Made by a program: the position numbers and the translations under genes. From the NCBI GenBank assembly GCA_964605535.1, contig CAZSDA010000010.1:5344-69343 (forward strand): a stretch of 64,000 bases of DNA, written 5' to 3'. Origin of the DNA: an uncultured bacterium (GTDB lineage: Bacteria; Chlamydiota; Chlamydiia; Chlamydiales; Parachlamydiaceae). The number at the start of each line of letters is the position of its first letter. Position 1 is the stretch's first letter. Positions 1-9,321 of this stretch are shown here, in pieces. A model generated the notes under the pieces. The model was not told where the DNA came from, made no database searches, and saw only the letters and a list, made by a program, of their open reading frames with translations.

Positions 1-223
1 TGAAGCAGCGGAAAGGTTTACCTCCTCTGCCAATTCTTTGATGGCCGTAAATTGCTTTGCCACGAGAGGTGGTTGTAACGAGAAGGGCCAAAAGAAGAAA
101 TAGGGGGGATAGAAGTAAAAGAACTAAGGCGCTGAAAAGGATATCAAAGGTGCGTTTTGCAAAATTATGTCTAATTTTACATTCGGAGAGATCAAGAATT
201 AGAGAATTTTGTTGTAAGCTCAT
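1..223 (-). CDS. Polyprenyl-phosphate sugar-phosphate transferase (bacterial sugar transferase family, WbaP/PglC-like). N-terminal part only; runs off the left edge.
   Basis: Own translation of the minus strand from ATG at 223: [74 protein letters not shown]. It shows KRxFD, a TM helix and the Q-R-x-G-x-x-G-K-x-F pattern typical of this family. ATGA start/stop overlap with the ispA-like gene. Not in the ORF track because it is truncated. Confidence 0.6.
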   Translation of the reverse strand, partial: MSLQQNSLILDLSECKIRHNFAKRTFDILFSALVLLLLSPLFLLLALLVTTTSRGKAIYGHQRIGRGGKPFRCF

Positions 224-1092
224 TTGATGACCCATGCAATATATTGCTCAATGAGGGAGTCGGGAGGGACGCATTCGTGCAAAAGCGCGAAAGCTTCATT
301 AAGAGTAACTGAGGCTTTTTGCTTTGCACCTTCTAAACCAAAGTGGGTGACGTAAGTGGATTTTCCATTCACTTGATCAGAAGACACAGACTTGCCATGT
401 TTTGCTTTGCTTGCAGTGATGTCCAGGACATCATCCAGGATCTGAAAGGCGAGACCTGTTTTTAGACCAGCCTTTCTAAAGATTTCACGCTTCTGATTTT
501 CCAAATTTGAGAGAATCGCAGCAAAGTCAAATGCGCAGGCAAACATTTCGGCGGTCTTTTGGAGATGTACATATTCCAGCATCTCGGAACTTATGGCTTG
601 CTTTTCAGCTTCAAGGTCAAGAAGTTGGCCTCCCACCATTCCGGCTCCACCTGCAGACCTTGCAAGGGATGCGATCATTAAAACCTTTTGCTCGCCTGAA
701 ATAGCATGGGCATTTGCAATGACTTCAAAAGCGTAAGTAAGAAGAAAGTCTCCCGCAAGGACAGCGGTTGCTTCATCTGTGTGTTTATGGAGTGAAGGTT
801 TACCTCTCCTAAAGTCATCGTCATCCATGCAAGGAAGGTCGTCGTGGATAAGAGAGTAGCAATGGAGGAGCTCAATTGCACAGGCAGGCTGAAGTATTTT
901 TTCCGCGTCGCCTTTAAAGGATTCATAAGCTGTTAATGCGAATAAGGGACGGAGCCTTTTGCCGCCTCCAAGAACAGAATAGCGTGCTGCTTGATAGAGG
1001 TTTGATTGAGGGGATGAATTAAATGTAAGCAGTTCCTCAAGCTTCTGCTCGATGGCTGGCAGCCATTTTTGTGTAAAGGTTTCCGGGTTCAC
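220..1092 (-). CDS. ispA: Trans-polyprenyl diphosphate synthase (farnesyl/geranylgeranyl diphosphate synthase)
   Basis: 290 aa. First Asp-rich motif [22 protein letters not shown] and second motif FQILDDVLD. Confidence 0.85.
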   Translation of the reverse strand: MNPETFTQKWLPAIEQKLEELLTFNSSPQSNLYQAARYSVLGGGKRLRPLFALTAYESFKGDAEKILQPACAIELLHCYSLIHDDLPCMDDDDFRRGKPSLHKHTDEATAVLAGDFLLTYAFEVIANAHAISGEQKVLMIASLARSAGGAGMVGGQLLDLEAEKQAISSEMLEYVHLQKTAEMFACAFDFAAILSNLENQKREIFRKAGLKTGLAFQILDDVLDITASKAKHGKSVSSDQVNGKSTYVTHFGLEGAKQKASVTLNEAFALLHECVPPDSLIEQYIAWVIK

Positions 1093-2453
1093 AGGCTTTG
1101 CGCTTGGACGAGTTGTTGAGTGAAAGAACGGTTGCCAATGCTGATATAGTCAAATCCGAGATTCACCATGTTCTCAGGGCTATACTGATTTCTTCCGTCG
1201 AAAAGGGCGTTGCCGGTCATGTCGGCAAGGATTTGGTTAAAGTCTGCAAAACGGAATTGCTTCCATTCAGTGACGAGGCAGATTGCATCGGCTCCTTTAG
1301 CTGCATCATACTCCGAAGTGCAAAATTGAATATTCTCTCTTTGTCCTAATAGGGATGCGCAGTTTTTGTGAGCGACTGGATCATAAAGCCTTAAGATGGC
1401 CCCTTCTTTGGAGAGTTCCTGAATCAATGTAAGTGATGGCGCTTCTCTCATATCATCAGTTTCAGGTTTAAAAGCGAGCCCCCAAATGGCGATGGTTCTG
1501 CCTTTAAGGCCTCCTTTCGAAGCAAAGTAGTCTTTGATCTTTTCGCTCAGCCTAAGCTTTTGCCTTTCATTCACTTCTTCAATGGCATTCAGAATGGGCA
1601 TATCAATATTCCGCATTTGGGCGTCCATTTTAAGTGCTCTTACGTCCTTAGGAAGACAAGATCCGCCATACCCTGGTCCAGGATAGAGAAAATAGGGGCC
1701 AATGCGTGGATCTTGTCCCATTCCTTTTCGAATGACATTGATGTTTGCTCCGACGGCTTCGCAAAAAAGTGCCAGCTCATTCATGAATGAGATCCTTGAA
1801 GCTAGCATCGCGTTGCATGCATATTTGCAGAGTTCGGCCGAGGTCCTGTCCATGAAAAGGGTGCGGTCATGATTGAGAGTGAATGAAGCATAAAGGGTCT
1901 TTAATATTTCCGAGGCCTCTTCGCTATCGCTACCAATGATTACGCGGTCGGGTTTCATGAAGTCCTCGACAGCATGACCTTCCTTCAAGAATTCGGGGTT
2001 AGAGACGACGTCGAATGGCACATCTATTCCAAGCTCTTTCTGACGATCCTTAATAAGTTGTTCAATATAACTTGAAGTGCCAACGGGCACCGTCGATTTG
2101 CACACGATTACTTTGTAGCTTTGCATCTCTTCTGCAATCGAAAGTGCAACGTTTTTTACTCGGGACAAGTCTGCGGAACCGTCATGGGCTATAGGCGTAT
2201 CTACAGCGATGAATATAATTTCGGCAGATTGGACAGAGCTTTTGTAATCTGTAGTAAAAGAGAGTCTTCCTGCACGACTGTTTTTTTGAACAAGTTCTTC
2301 AAGGCCAGGTTCATAGATGGGGATCTTACCCTGATTGAGCTGATCGATTTTTTCCCGATTAATATCTAGGCAGATGACGTGATGTCCCATGGCCGCAAAG
2401 CCCGCTCCTGCAACTAAACCTACGTAGCCGGTACCGATGATGAGTAGTTTCAT
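1089..2453 (-). CDS. ugd: UDP-glucose 6-dehydrogenase
   Basis: 454 aa. N-terminal Rossmann [18 protein letters not shown], catalytic Cys motif GGSCLPKDV. 4-nt overlap with ispA. Confidence 0.9.
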   Translation of the reverse strand: MKLLIIGTGYVGLVAGAGFAAMGHHVICLDINREKIDQLNQGKIPIYEPGLEELVQKNSRAGRLSFTTDYKSSVQSAEIIFIAVDTPIAHDGSADLSRVKNVALSIAEEMQSYKVIVCKSTVPVGTSSYIEQLIKDRQKELGIDVPFDVVSNPEFLKEGHAVEDFMKPDRVIIGSDSEEASEILKTLYASFTLNHDRTLFMDRTSAELCKYACNAMLASRISFMNELALFCEAVGANINVIRKGMGQDPRIGPYFLYPGPGYGGSCLPKDVRALKMDAQMRNIDMPILNAIEEVNERQKLRLSEKIKDYFASKGGLKGRTIAIWGLAFKPETDDMREAPSLTLIQELSKEGAILRLYDPVAHKNCASLLGQRENIQFCTSEYDAAKGADAICLVTEWKQFRFADFNQILADMTGNALFDGRNQYSPENMVNLGFDYISIGNRSFTQQLVQAQSL

Positions 2454-2486
2454 GCCCCAAATTTTAGTGGATTATCGGTTATCTGT

Positions 2487-4634
2487 CTACCATTCAAGGC
2501 AGGGAAGCATCGACTCGCATTTGGCAAGGTTTGGTTTATTGAGGCCGATAGAGAAGTAAAAGGCGACTCTGTCATCGCCTTCCTTATGTTGATAGGAAAG
2601 TTTTACATTCCATGCAGAACGCAGAGTGCCGATGAGATCGATCTCAAATTCAGTATATGAAGGTTCTGTACTTCGGTTCCAACCGTGCCGCGCTTCAAAC
2701 TCAAGAGCCCAATTGGGGTCGAATTGAAAATAGAGTGCTGCCAGAAGCGTATCTCTTCTGTCGGAAAGTTGTGAATGGCGAAGTCTGTTTTCCGACCGGT
2801 AAGAGTCTAGGATAAAGTTTCTGTGGTCCGCTTTTCTGAAGTCCCATGCACTGCGGTGGCGGTATTCTCCTCGCAATGCAAGATTTTCAGCTGCAGTCCA
2901 TTCCGCTTTGGCATTGAAATGGTCAAGCTCTCCATGCTGCAGATCCCACGCTGATTCCAAGGATTCACGTAAAGTCGGGGTAGCTAAGTAGGAAATATCG
3001 CAATAAATTTTAGGAAATAGATAGTCGATTGTTGGAGTGTCAAAAAAACCGAACGTATAGAGATCTATTGTAAACGGCCTTGATAGGCACCCCTCTGAAT
3101 TTTTTGTGTAGATCTGATTGCTCACTCCGACTTTTAAAGTATTTGTATGAAACCATCCGTCATCGATATCAAAAATATAATGATCGCTTGGTGAAATGGT
3201 GGGAGATGTCAGATAATCAAAGCGGGCATAAGGTTCGATCACGTGCTTGACGCAATCACTAGCTTTGGAAAATGACATTTTAATTTCTCCGCCTGCTGTT
3301 GCGAATGCGAGAAGATTTTTATGGCCTTCAGGAGTCGTTCCATAGTATATCAGTCGGCCTCCGGCGTCCGGAGTGAATGTAAAGTATCTATATGCAAAAG
3401 GTTTATAAAAGTGCTGATACCCCTCCATTCGAGTCGATTTATAGTCATGAACGTGGAGAATGTCATTGGAATAGGAGAAGTCGAGATAAGATGCTTTTAG
3501 GTTTGATTCAGAATAAATACCGGTTTCACCAAGAAGTTTTGGTTTCCAGAGAACTTCTAATGTGGGTAGTTGCTGCTTTACAGATTGGAAATGGTTGATC
3601 TTCACTCGGCTCATAAACCGTTCGATGCGCGTCTCTTCCTGTTTCCTCACCAGAAGCTGTGTGCGTCCGGCAATGTCCAGTTCAAGCCCACGGTCGTTAT
3701 AGTCGGTCGCCATATCCCTATCGCTTAGTTTGTCCCAGGAAAGGTCTATATTGATCTTGTCATTCCAGATTTGGTTTCGGTAAAGGCCCTGAAAGCGGAA
3801 GCGCGTTTTTTCATGAGGATTGGAAACGGAGTTATCTCTTGCGATGAAGTTGATTGTATTGAATTCCTCTTTGCGGTCTTCCGATTTGTAGTATGTTTCA
3901 ATGCCTCCTCCGGGTCCTTTTTTGATTCTGTAGTCAAAGCGCGCAAAAGTCTTGAAGCCATTCCAATTGAATACTTGGTAGACCATGCTGCCGCGTACCC
4001 CTTGGACGCCGCCCCATTTGAAGGTATAACGCACAGGAGCGTCAAAAATTCCCTGTAGGTCTGTTTTAAGTGAAGGAACCCAAAGAGTCGACACATCAAA
4101 GATTTTTAATTTGATGTCGTGTGCTTCAAGATAGCGCTTCTCATAAAGAGTTGCTCGGTCGCAAATGAATTCCCAGTCGCGTTCCTGATTAGGTGATGTT
4201 GTGACAAATCCGTTGAAAAGAGTGAAACTTCCGTCTGCATGTAGGAAAATCAGCTCACCCCCAAAATACCAGGGCTCAACAGATGTAGCGCCATTTTCCA
4301 GTACACCTTCTCCTGTATTAAAATCGTAAGTTAAGGAGTCGCCAATGAAGTAGCAAGAGCCAAAGTCGAGGATGATTTCACCTGCAGCGTACAATCGATG
4401 CTCCACTTGAGAGTCCCTGTTTCTTAAGTAATCGATTTCTTTAGCCTGAATCCGGATGCCGGGTGCTTGAATCACACCGCCTTCAGAGGTGCGAAGAATG
4501 CCGTCACTGTAGGAAGGATTTTTAAGATCCACTTGAAGATTTGCTTCCTCTTGCGCTTGAAGTGGCATGAGTGAGCAAAACAAGGGAATTAGGAGTAAAA
4601 AATAGCACTGCATATGGATTTGTATTGTCCACAA
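2487..4634 (-). CDS. lptD: LptD/OstA-like outer-membrane beta-barrel protein (LPS assembly)
   Basis: 715 aa. Signal-peptide-like N-terminus (likely true start MQCYFLLLIPLFCSLMPLQAQ near 4613). OstA_N-like segment IRIQAKEIDYL...AAGEIILDFGSCYFIGDSLTYDFNTGEGVLENG, followed by a long aromatic-rich beta-strand region. Confidence 0.55.
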   Translation of the reverse strand: MWTIQIHMQCYFLLLIPLFCSLMPLQAQEEANLQVDLKNPSYSDGILRTSEGGVIQAPGIRIQAKEIDYLRNRDSQVEHRLYAAGEIILDFGSCYFIGDSLTYDFNTGEGVLENGATSVEPWYFGGELIFLHADGSFTLFNGFVTTSPNQERDWEFICDRATLYEKRYLEAHDIKLKIFDVSTLWVPSLKTDLQGIFDAPVRYTFKWGGVQGVRGSMVYQVFNWNGFKTFARFDYRIKKGPGGGIETYYKSEDRKEEFNTINFIARDNSVSNPHEKTRFRFQGLYRNQIWNDKINIDLSWDKLSDRDMATDYNDRGLELDIAGRTQLLVRKQEETRIERFMSRVKINHFQSVKQQLPTLEVLWKPKLLGETGIYSESNLKASYLDFSYSNDILHVHDYKSTRMEGYQHFYKPFAYRYFTFTPDAGGRLIYYGTTPEGHKNLLAFATAGGEIKMSFSKASDCVKHVIEPYARFDYLTSPTISPSDHYIFDIDDGWFHTNTLKVGVSNQIYTKNSEGCLSRPFTIDLYTFGFFDTPTIDYLFPKIYCDISYLATPTLRESLESAWDLQHGELDHFNAKAEWTAAENLALRGEYRHRSAWDFRKADHRNFILDSYRSENRLRHSQLSDRRDTLLAALYFQFDPNWALEFEARHGWNRSTEPSYTEFEIDLIGTLRSAWNVKLSYQHKEGDDRVAFYFSIGLNKPNLAKCESMLPCLEW

Positions 4635-4678
4635 TGCTACACCTTTTAGCAGAAGATTAGCAAAAGAAAATTCCCCTT

Positions 4679-6049
4679 ATGACACCTATTATTATATGGT
4701 TTAGAAACGACCTGCGGATCGAAGAGCATCCCGCAGTTGCAGAGGCAGCTTCTACGGGCGCACCTCTTGTTTTTCTTTACATCCATTCTCCTGAAGAGGA
4801 GGGGAATTGGCCTTTGGGCGGTGCTAGCAGAGCCTATTTGCATGGAGCGCTAGCCAGGTTGCAGAAGGCAATTCCTCAGCTGTTGTTCTTTAAGGGATCC
4901 TCCCTTGCGATTTTAGAGGAAGTGATCCGAAAGACTTGTGCCCGTTCGCTATTTTTTGGCACTCGTTATGAACCTTATGCTTTGAAAAGAGATGCGGAAC
5001 TTACTTTAGCTTTGCAAAAGAAGGGAATCCATGTCAAAGCGTTCAACACCTCTTTACTCACTGAGCCCTGGGATCTAAAGCCTTATACGGTCTTTACTCC
5101 TTTTTATAAAGCAGCCCTAAAAATATTTGAGCCGCATGCACCCCTTCCAAAACCTCAATGGAAACCATATTCCCCAAAGATTTCCTCTTTGGATCTTGAG
5201 TCGCTTGAGCTTCTCACTCATAAGAGGTGGGAGGAAAAGATGTTGGGTTCTTCAGTCGATCAGCTTGATGATTTTCTCGATCAGCATTTAGCCTCATACG
5301 AATCTGCAAGAGATTTCCCTGCGTTAGAAAATGGAGTCTCTCATCTTTCTCCCGCTTTGCATTTTGGTGAAATTTCTCCCAGGACGTTATTTTATAAATC
5401 ATTTGGAAGGCCTGGTGCTGATAGTTATATCCGACAGTTATTTTGGCGCGATTTTGCTCATCACTTGCTTTATTACTTTCCTAAGACACCCCAAGAGCCG
5501 CTTCGAGAAAAATTTCGAAGCTTTCCTTGGAAAATGGATAACGCTCTATTAAAGGCTTGGAAAAAGGGGTTGACCGGATACCCCTTCGTCGACGCCGGGA
5601 TGAGACAGCTTTGGCAGACCGGCTGGATGCATAATCGAGTGCGCATGGTCGTGGCTTCGTTTCTTGTGAAGGACTTATTAATTCCTTGGCAAGAGGGGGC
5701 TTCTTGGTTTTGGGATACTTTGGTTGATGCCGATCTTGCCAATAATACTTTTGGTTGGCAGTGGACTGCAGGGTGTGGTGCAGATGCTGCCCCTTATTTC
5801 CGCATTTTTAATCCCACTACGCAAGGACAAAAGTTTGATCCAAAGGGAGAGTATGTGCGCAAATGGGTCCCTGAGCTATCTGCTCTACCCGACAAATGGA
5901 TCCATCAGCCGATGGAGGCCCCTGATCTTCTTCTTAATGCTGCAGGTGTTCGTTTGGGCAAAGATTATCCTTTTCCAATAGTTGATCATGCTGAGGCAAG
6001 AGAACGCGCTTTACAAATTTTCAGCGATTTGAGTTTTTCAGGGGAATAG
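4679..6049 (+). CDS. phrB: Deoxyribodipyrimidine photolyase / cryptochrome family (class I CPD photolyase-like)
   Basis: 456 aa. Motifs WRDFAHHLLYYFP, TGYPFVDAGMRQLWQTGWMHNRVRMVVASFLVKDL and DADLANNTFGWQWTAGCGADAAPYFRIFNP. Confidence 0.9.
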   Translation: MTPIIIWFRNDLRIEEHPAVAEAASTGAPLVFLYIHSPEEEGNWPLGGASRAYLHGALARLQKAIPQLLFFKGSSLAILEEVIRKTCARSLFFGTRYEPYALKRDAELTLALQKKGIHVKAFNTSLLTEPWDLKPYTVFTPFYKAALKIFEPHAPLPKPQWKPYSPKISSLDLESLELLTHKRWEEKMLGSSVDQLDDFLDQHLASYESARDFPALENGVSHLSPALHFGEISPRTLFYKSFGRPGADSYIRQLFWRDFAHHLLYYFPKTPQEPLREKFRSFPWKMDNALLKAWKKGLTGYPFVDAGMRQLWQTGWMHNRVRMVVASFLVKDLLIPWQEGASWFWDTLVDADLANNTFGWQWTAGCGADAAPYFRIFNPTTQGQKFDPKGEYVRKWVPELSALPDKWIHQPMEAPDLLLNAAGVRLGKDYPFPIVDHAEARERALQIFSDLSFSGE

Positions 6050-6063
6050 TAGATGATGCGGAC

Positions 6064-7509
6064 ATGGAAGCTGAGGGAAAGATACTCATTACCGGAGCCT
6101 CCGGGTATGTAGGAGGTAGACTAAAGGTAGCTCTTGCCGAGATGGGCAGAAGCTTGAGATTGCTCGTGAGATCTTCTGCCTTTGTGTCTGAACGTCAGGA
6201 AGATGGAATCGAGTACGAGGTAGGCGATGCGCGCGACAAAAGAGTATTGATGCGCGCTCTTACAGGGATAGAGTCTGCCTACTATTTTATTCATTCTATG
6301 GGCTCTACCGGCGATTTTAGCGTTGAGGACCGGGAGCTTGCTGCACATTTTGCACGCATAGCGTCTAAATGCGGTGTAAAAAAGATTATTTACCTTGGAG
6401 CTTTGGGCAGCCATTGCGAAGAGTTGTCTCCCCATTTAAAAAGCAGGCAAGAGGTGGGGGAAATCCTCAGGGCGAATTCTGAAGGGGTGCAGGTGATCGA
6501 GTTCCGTGCTTCGATTGTTCTAGGATCTGGAAGCCTTTCCTTTGAGATGGTGAAAGCGTTAACAGAAAAGCTTCCTGTGATGATCACACCAAAATGGGTA
6601 TGGACAGAAGCGCAACCGATTGCTATTGATGATCTCTTGCAATATCTCGTTAAAAGTTTGACTTTGGAATTGAGCGGAAATCCGATTTTTGAGATTGGCG
6701 GCAAGGACCGCGTTTCCTATGGTGGACTAATGGTTGAGTATGCCAGGCAGAAAAAATTGAAAAGGTTTTTGATTCCCGTCCCGGTTCTTTCCCCTAAACT
6801 ATCCAGTTTATGGCTTGGGCTAGTCACACCCCTTTATGCAAGAGTCGGGCGCAAACTGATCGAGTCTGCTACTTGCACAACAGTTGTCCACGATCCTCTT
6901 GCAATGCATCTATTTGGCATTCATCCTATGGGGTATCGAGAGGCAATTGCCTTGGCTTTAAAAAATGAGGGTAAAGAGGCTCCTGAGACTCGCTGGAATG
7001 AATCGCGCTCCTCAAGCGTCAGCCAAAGCGAATGGTCAAAAAATTCCTTAGGAGGCCGTTTATTAGATCATAGGGAAAGAATCGTTCCATTTTCGCCGGA
7101 GAAAGCTTTTATTCCCATTGAATCGATTGGGGGAGCGCACGGCTATTACTGTTGCAATTGGCTTTGGAGGCTACGTGGAATTCTTGATCTTTTCGTTGGG
7201 GGAGTAGGGTTTCGCAGAGGTAGGCGCGATCCTCACCATTTGAAAGCAGGAGAAGTCGTCGATTTTTGGCGTGTTGAAGAAATAAGAGCCCCCCATTTTC
7301 TTAGATTGCGTGCGGAAATGAAAGTTCCGGGAAAAGCTTGGTTGGAATTTTATGTAGAACCGCATTCTGAGGGCTCCAAAATTACGCAGCGAGCCGTATT
7401 TGAGCCCTCAGGTTTTTTGGGAATGGCTTATTGGTATTTGCTTTATCCTCTTCACCATTTTGTTTTTAAAGGTCTTTTAAGAGGGATCGAAAAAAGGATT
7501 GCATCATGA
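6064..7509 (+). CDS. NAD(P)-binding NmrA/SDR-like protein with a C-terminal DUF2867-like domain
   Basis: 481 aa. ILITGASGYVGGRL glycine-rich Rossmann motif at the N-terminus and a long C-terminal extension. Confidence 0.6.
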   Translation: MEAEGKILITGASGYVGGRLKVALAEMGRSLRLLVRSSAFVSERQEDGIEYEVGDARDKRVLMRALTGIESAYYFIHSMGSTGDFSVEDRELAAHFARIASKCGVKKIIYLGALGSHCEELSPHLKSRQEVGEILRANSEGVQVIEFRASIVLGSGSLSFEMVKALTEKLPVMITPKWVWTEAQPIAIDDLLQYLVKSLTLELSGNPIFEIGGKDRVSYGGLMVEYARQKKLKRFLIPVPVLSPKLSSLWLGLVTPLYARVGRKLIESATCTTVVHDPLAMHLFGIHPMGYREAIALALKNEGKEAPETRWNESRSSSVSQSEWSKNSLGGRLLDHRERIVPFSPEKAFIPIESIGGAHGYYCCNWLWRLRGILDLFVGGVGFRRGRRDPHHLKAGEVVDFWRVEEIRAPHFLRLRAEMKVPGKAWLEFYVEPHSEGSKITQRAVFEPSGFLGMAYWYLLYPLHHFVFKGLLRGIEKRIAS

Positions 7510-8360
7510 AGATTGCTATTGCAGGAGCTTCGGGTCTAATTGGGACAAAATTAATGCAGTTTCTAAAGGCAGAAGGTCACGCTGTTTATCCATTAAAGCG
7601 CATGGACAAGAACGCATATGAAGGATTGTTCGAAGGGGTCGATGCTGTAATTAATTTAGCGGGGGCTCCGGTATCGAAGCGATGGACGAACAAGTGGAAG
7701 CAAGAGATTTTTAACAGCAGAGTCTTAGCTACAAAGAGTATCGTGGAGAAAATATCACGGATGCAAAATAAGCCTAAGGTTTTGATCAATGCTTCTGCAA
7801 TTGGAATTTATGGGGATAGGGGAGAACAGACTGTCGATGAGGCATCTTTGCCTGGCAGTGGCTTTCTTTCTGAAGTGGTACAGGCATGGGAGGAGGAAGC
7901 TCTTAAGGCAAAAAATGAGGGCGTAAGAGTTGTTTTAGCTCGTTTTGGCATCGTTTTAAGCAAAGATGGCGGAGCGCTTGCTAAGATGCTTTTGCCTTTT
8001 AAGCTATGTTTAGGAGGGCGCATTGGGTCTGGCCGGCAGTTCATGAGTTGGGTTGCAATCGATGATGCCGTTGGGGCATTGCATCAAGCCATTTTGGATG
8101 GGTCTTTGGATGGGCCTGTTAATATTGTGTCTCCAAGCCCTGTGCGCAATGAGGAGTTTACTCATACATTAGCTTCTGTTCTCAATCGGCCTGCACCTTT
8201 TCCCATGCCAGAATTTCTTGTGAAAATTATTTTTGGTGAAATGGGAGAGATTCTTTTAACCGGCGCTCGCGTTGAGCCGACGAAGTTGATGCAGGCGCGT
8301 TATCCATTTATAGGTTCTAACTTGCGCGATGCGCTAAAGAGAGAGTGTTATGGAATATAG
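7506..8360 (+). CDS. YfcH-type (TIGR01777-like) NAD-dependent epimerase/dehydratase family protein
   Basis: 284 aa. MKIAIAGASGLIGTKL Rossmann motif. The length and the FMSWVAIDD region are typical of YfcH-like proteins. ATGA overlap with the upstream gene. Confidence 0.65.
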   Translation: MKIAIAGASGLIGTKLMQFLKAEGHAVYPLKRMDKNAYEGLFEGVDAVINLAGAPVSKRWTNKWKQEIFNSRVLATKSIVEKISRMQNKPKVLINASAIGIYGDRGEQTVDEASLPGSGFLSEVVQAWEEEALKAKNEGVRVVLARFGIVLSKDGGALAKMLLPFKLCLGGRIGSGRQFMSWVAIDDAVGALHQAILDGSLDGPVNIVSPSPVRNEEFTHTLASVLNRPAPFPMPEFLVKIIFGEMGEILLTGARVEPTKLMQARYPFIGSNLRDALKRECYGI

Positions 8361-9300
8361 AAATCTAGGCAAAGCTGGCTTAAAAATTAGCGAACTCTCC
8401 TTTGGTTCGTGGCTTACTTTTGGCACCACTTTAAGCTTGGAAGGGGCTCGCCAGTGCATGAGAGTCGCATTTGAAAATGGAGTCAATTTCTTTGATACTG
8501 CTGAAACGTATGGAGAGGGGGCTGCAGAACTCTATTTGGGAGAGGCAATGCGCGACTACAAAAGAGAAGATCTAGTCATCTCCACAAAACTTTTTTGGGG
8601 TGGAAAAGGCCCCAATATGACCGGTCTTTCCTCAAAGCATCTCATTGAAGGGGCTAAAAATTCTCTTCGCAGGCTGCAAACAGATTATGTCGATCTGCTG
8701 TTTTGCCATCGTCCCGATCCAAACACACCGATTGAAGAGACTGTTCGCGCAATGGATTACCTGGTTAGATCTGGAAGAGTTTTTTATTGGGGGACATCTG
8801 AGTGGAGCCCGCAGGATATTGAAAAGGCACATGAGGTTGCAGCTCAACTTTCTGCTATCCCTCCTTCGATGGAACAGCCGCAATATAATCTCTTCTGCAG
8901 AAATCGCGTGGAGCATGAGTATCTACCGCTCTATAAGAGGTTTGGTATGGGAACCACAATCTGGAGTCCTCTGGCATTTGGGCTACTGTCAGGAAGGTAC
9001 AATGAAGGCATTCCCCCTAATAGCCGGCTTGAGATGCATCGGGAACTTAGAGGCAATCTTACAGAAAAAAATATTGCAATCGTTAAACGCTTAAGTCAGA
9101 TAGCAGATGAATTGAACATGTCTGTTGCGCAGCTATCACTTGCGTGGTGCCTGAAGAATCAGCATGTATCGACAGTGATCCTTGGAGCCTCTAATACGCA
9201 GCATCTTTTGGAGAATCTAAAGGCCTCGCACTTGAAATCTCAGCTTACAGAAGATGTGATGCGACAAATTGCACAAGTCTTTGAGGAATCACACGCCTAA
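8350..9300 (+). CDS. Aldo/keto reductase (Kv-beta-subunit-like subfamily)
   Basis: 316 aa. MEYRNLGKAGLKISELSFGSWLTFG, FFDTAETYGEG, DLLFCHRPD. Confidence 0.8.
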   Translation: MEYRNLGKAGLKISELSFGSWLTFGTTLSLEGARQCMRVAFENGVNFFDTAETYGEGAAELYLGEAMRDYKREDLVISTKLFWGGKGPNMTGLSSKHLIEGAKNSLRRLQTDYVDLLFCHRPDPNTPIEETVRAMDYLVRSGRVFYWGTSEWSPQDIEKAHEVAAQLSAIPPSMEQPQYNLFCRNRVEHEYLPLYKRFGMGTTIWSPLAFGLLSGRYNEGIPPNSRLEMHRELRGNLTEKNIAIVKRLSQIADELNMSVAQLSLAWCLKNQHVSTVILGASNTQHLLENLKASHLKSQLTEDVMRQIAQVFEESHA

Positions 9301-9321
9301 TTTTTATTCCCTGTTTGTAAG

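Noticed and set aside
3746-4099. 117-aa and 95-aa ORFs inside the lptD-like gene; similar cases at 30847-31242 (glyQS), 52774-53178 and 53448-53813 (bamA), 37749-38057 (nfeD) and 34618-34950 (mlaF)
   Set aside because: All are embedded in longer ORFs with clear family motifs, so I treated them as non-coding shadows.
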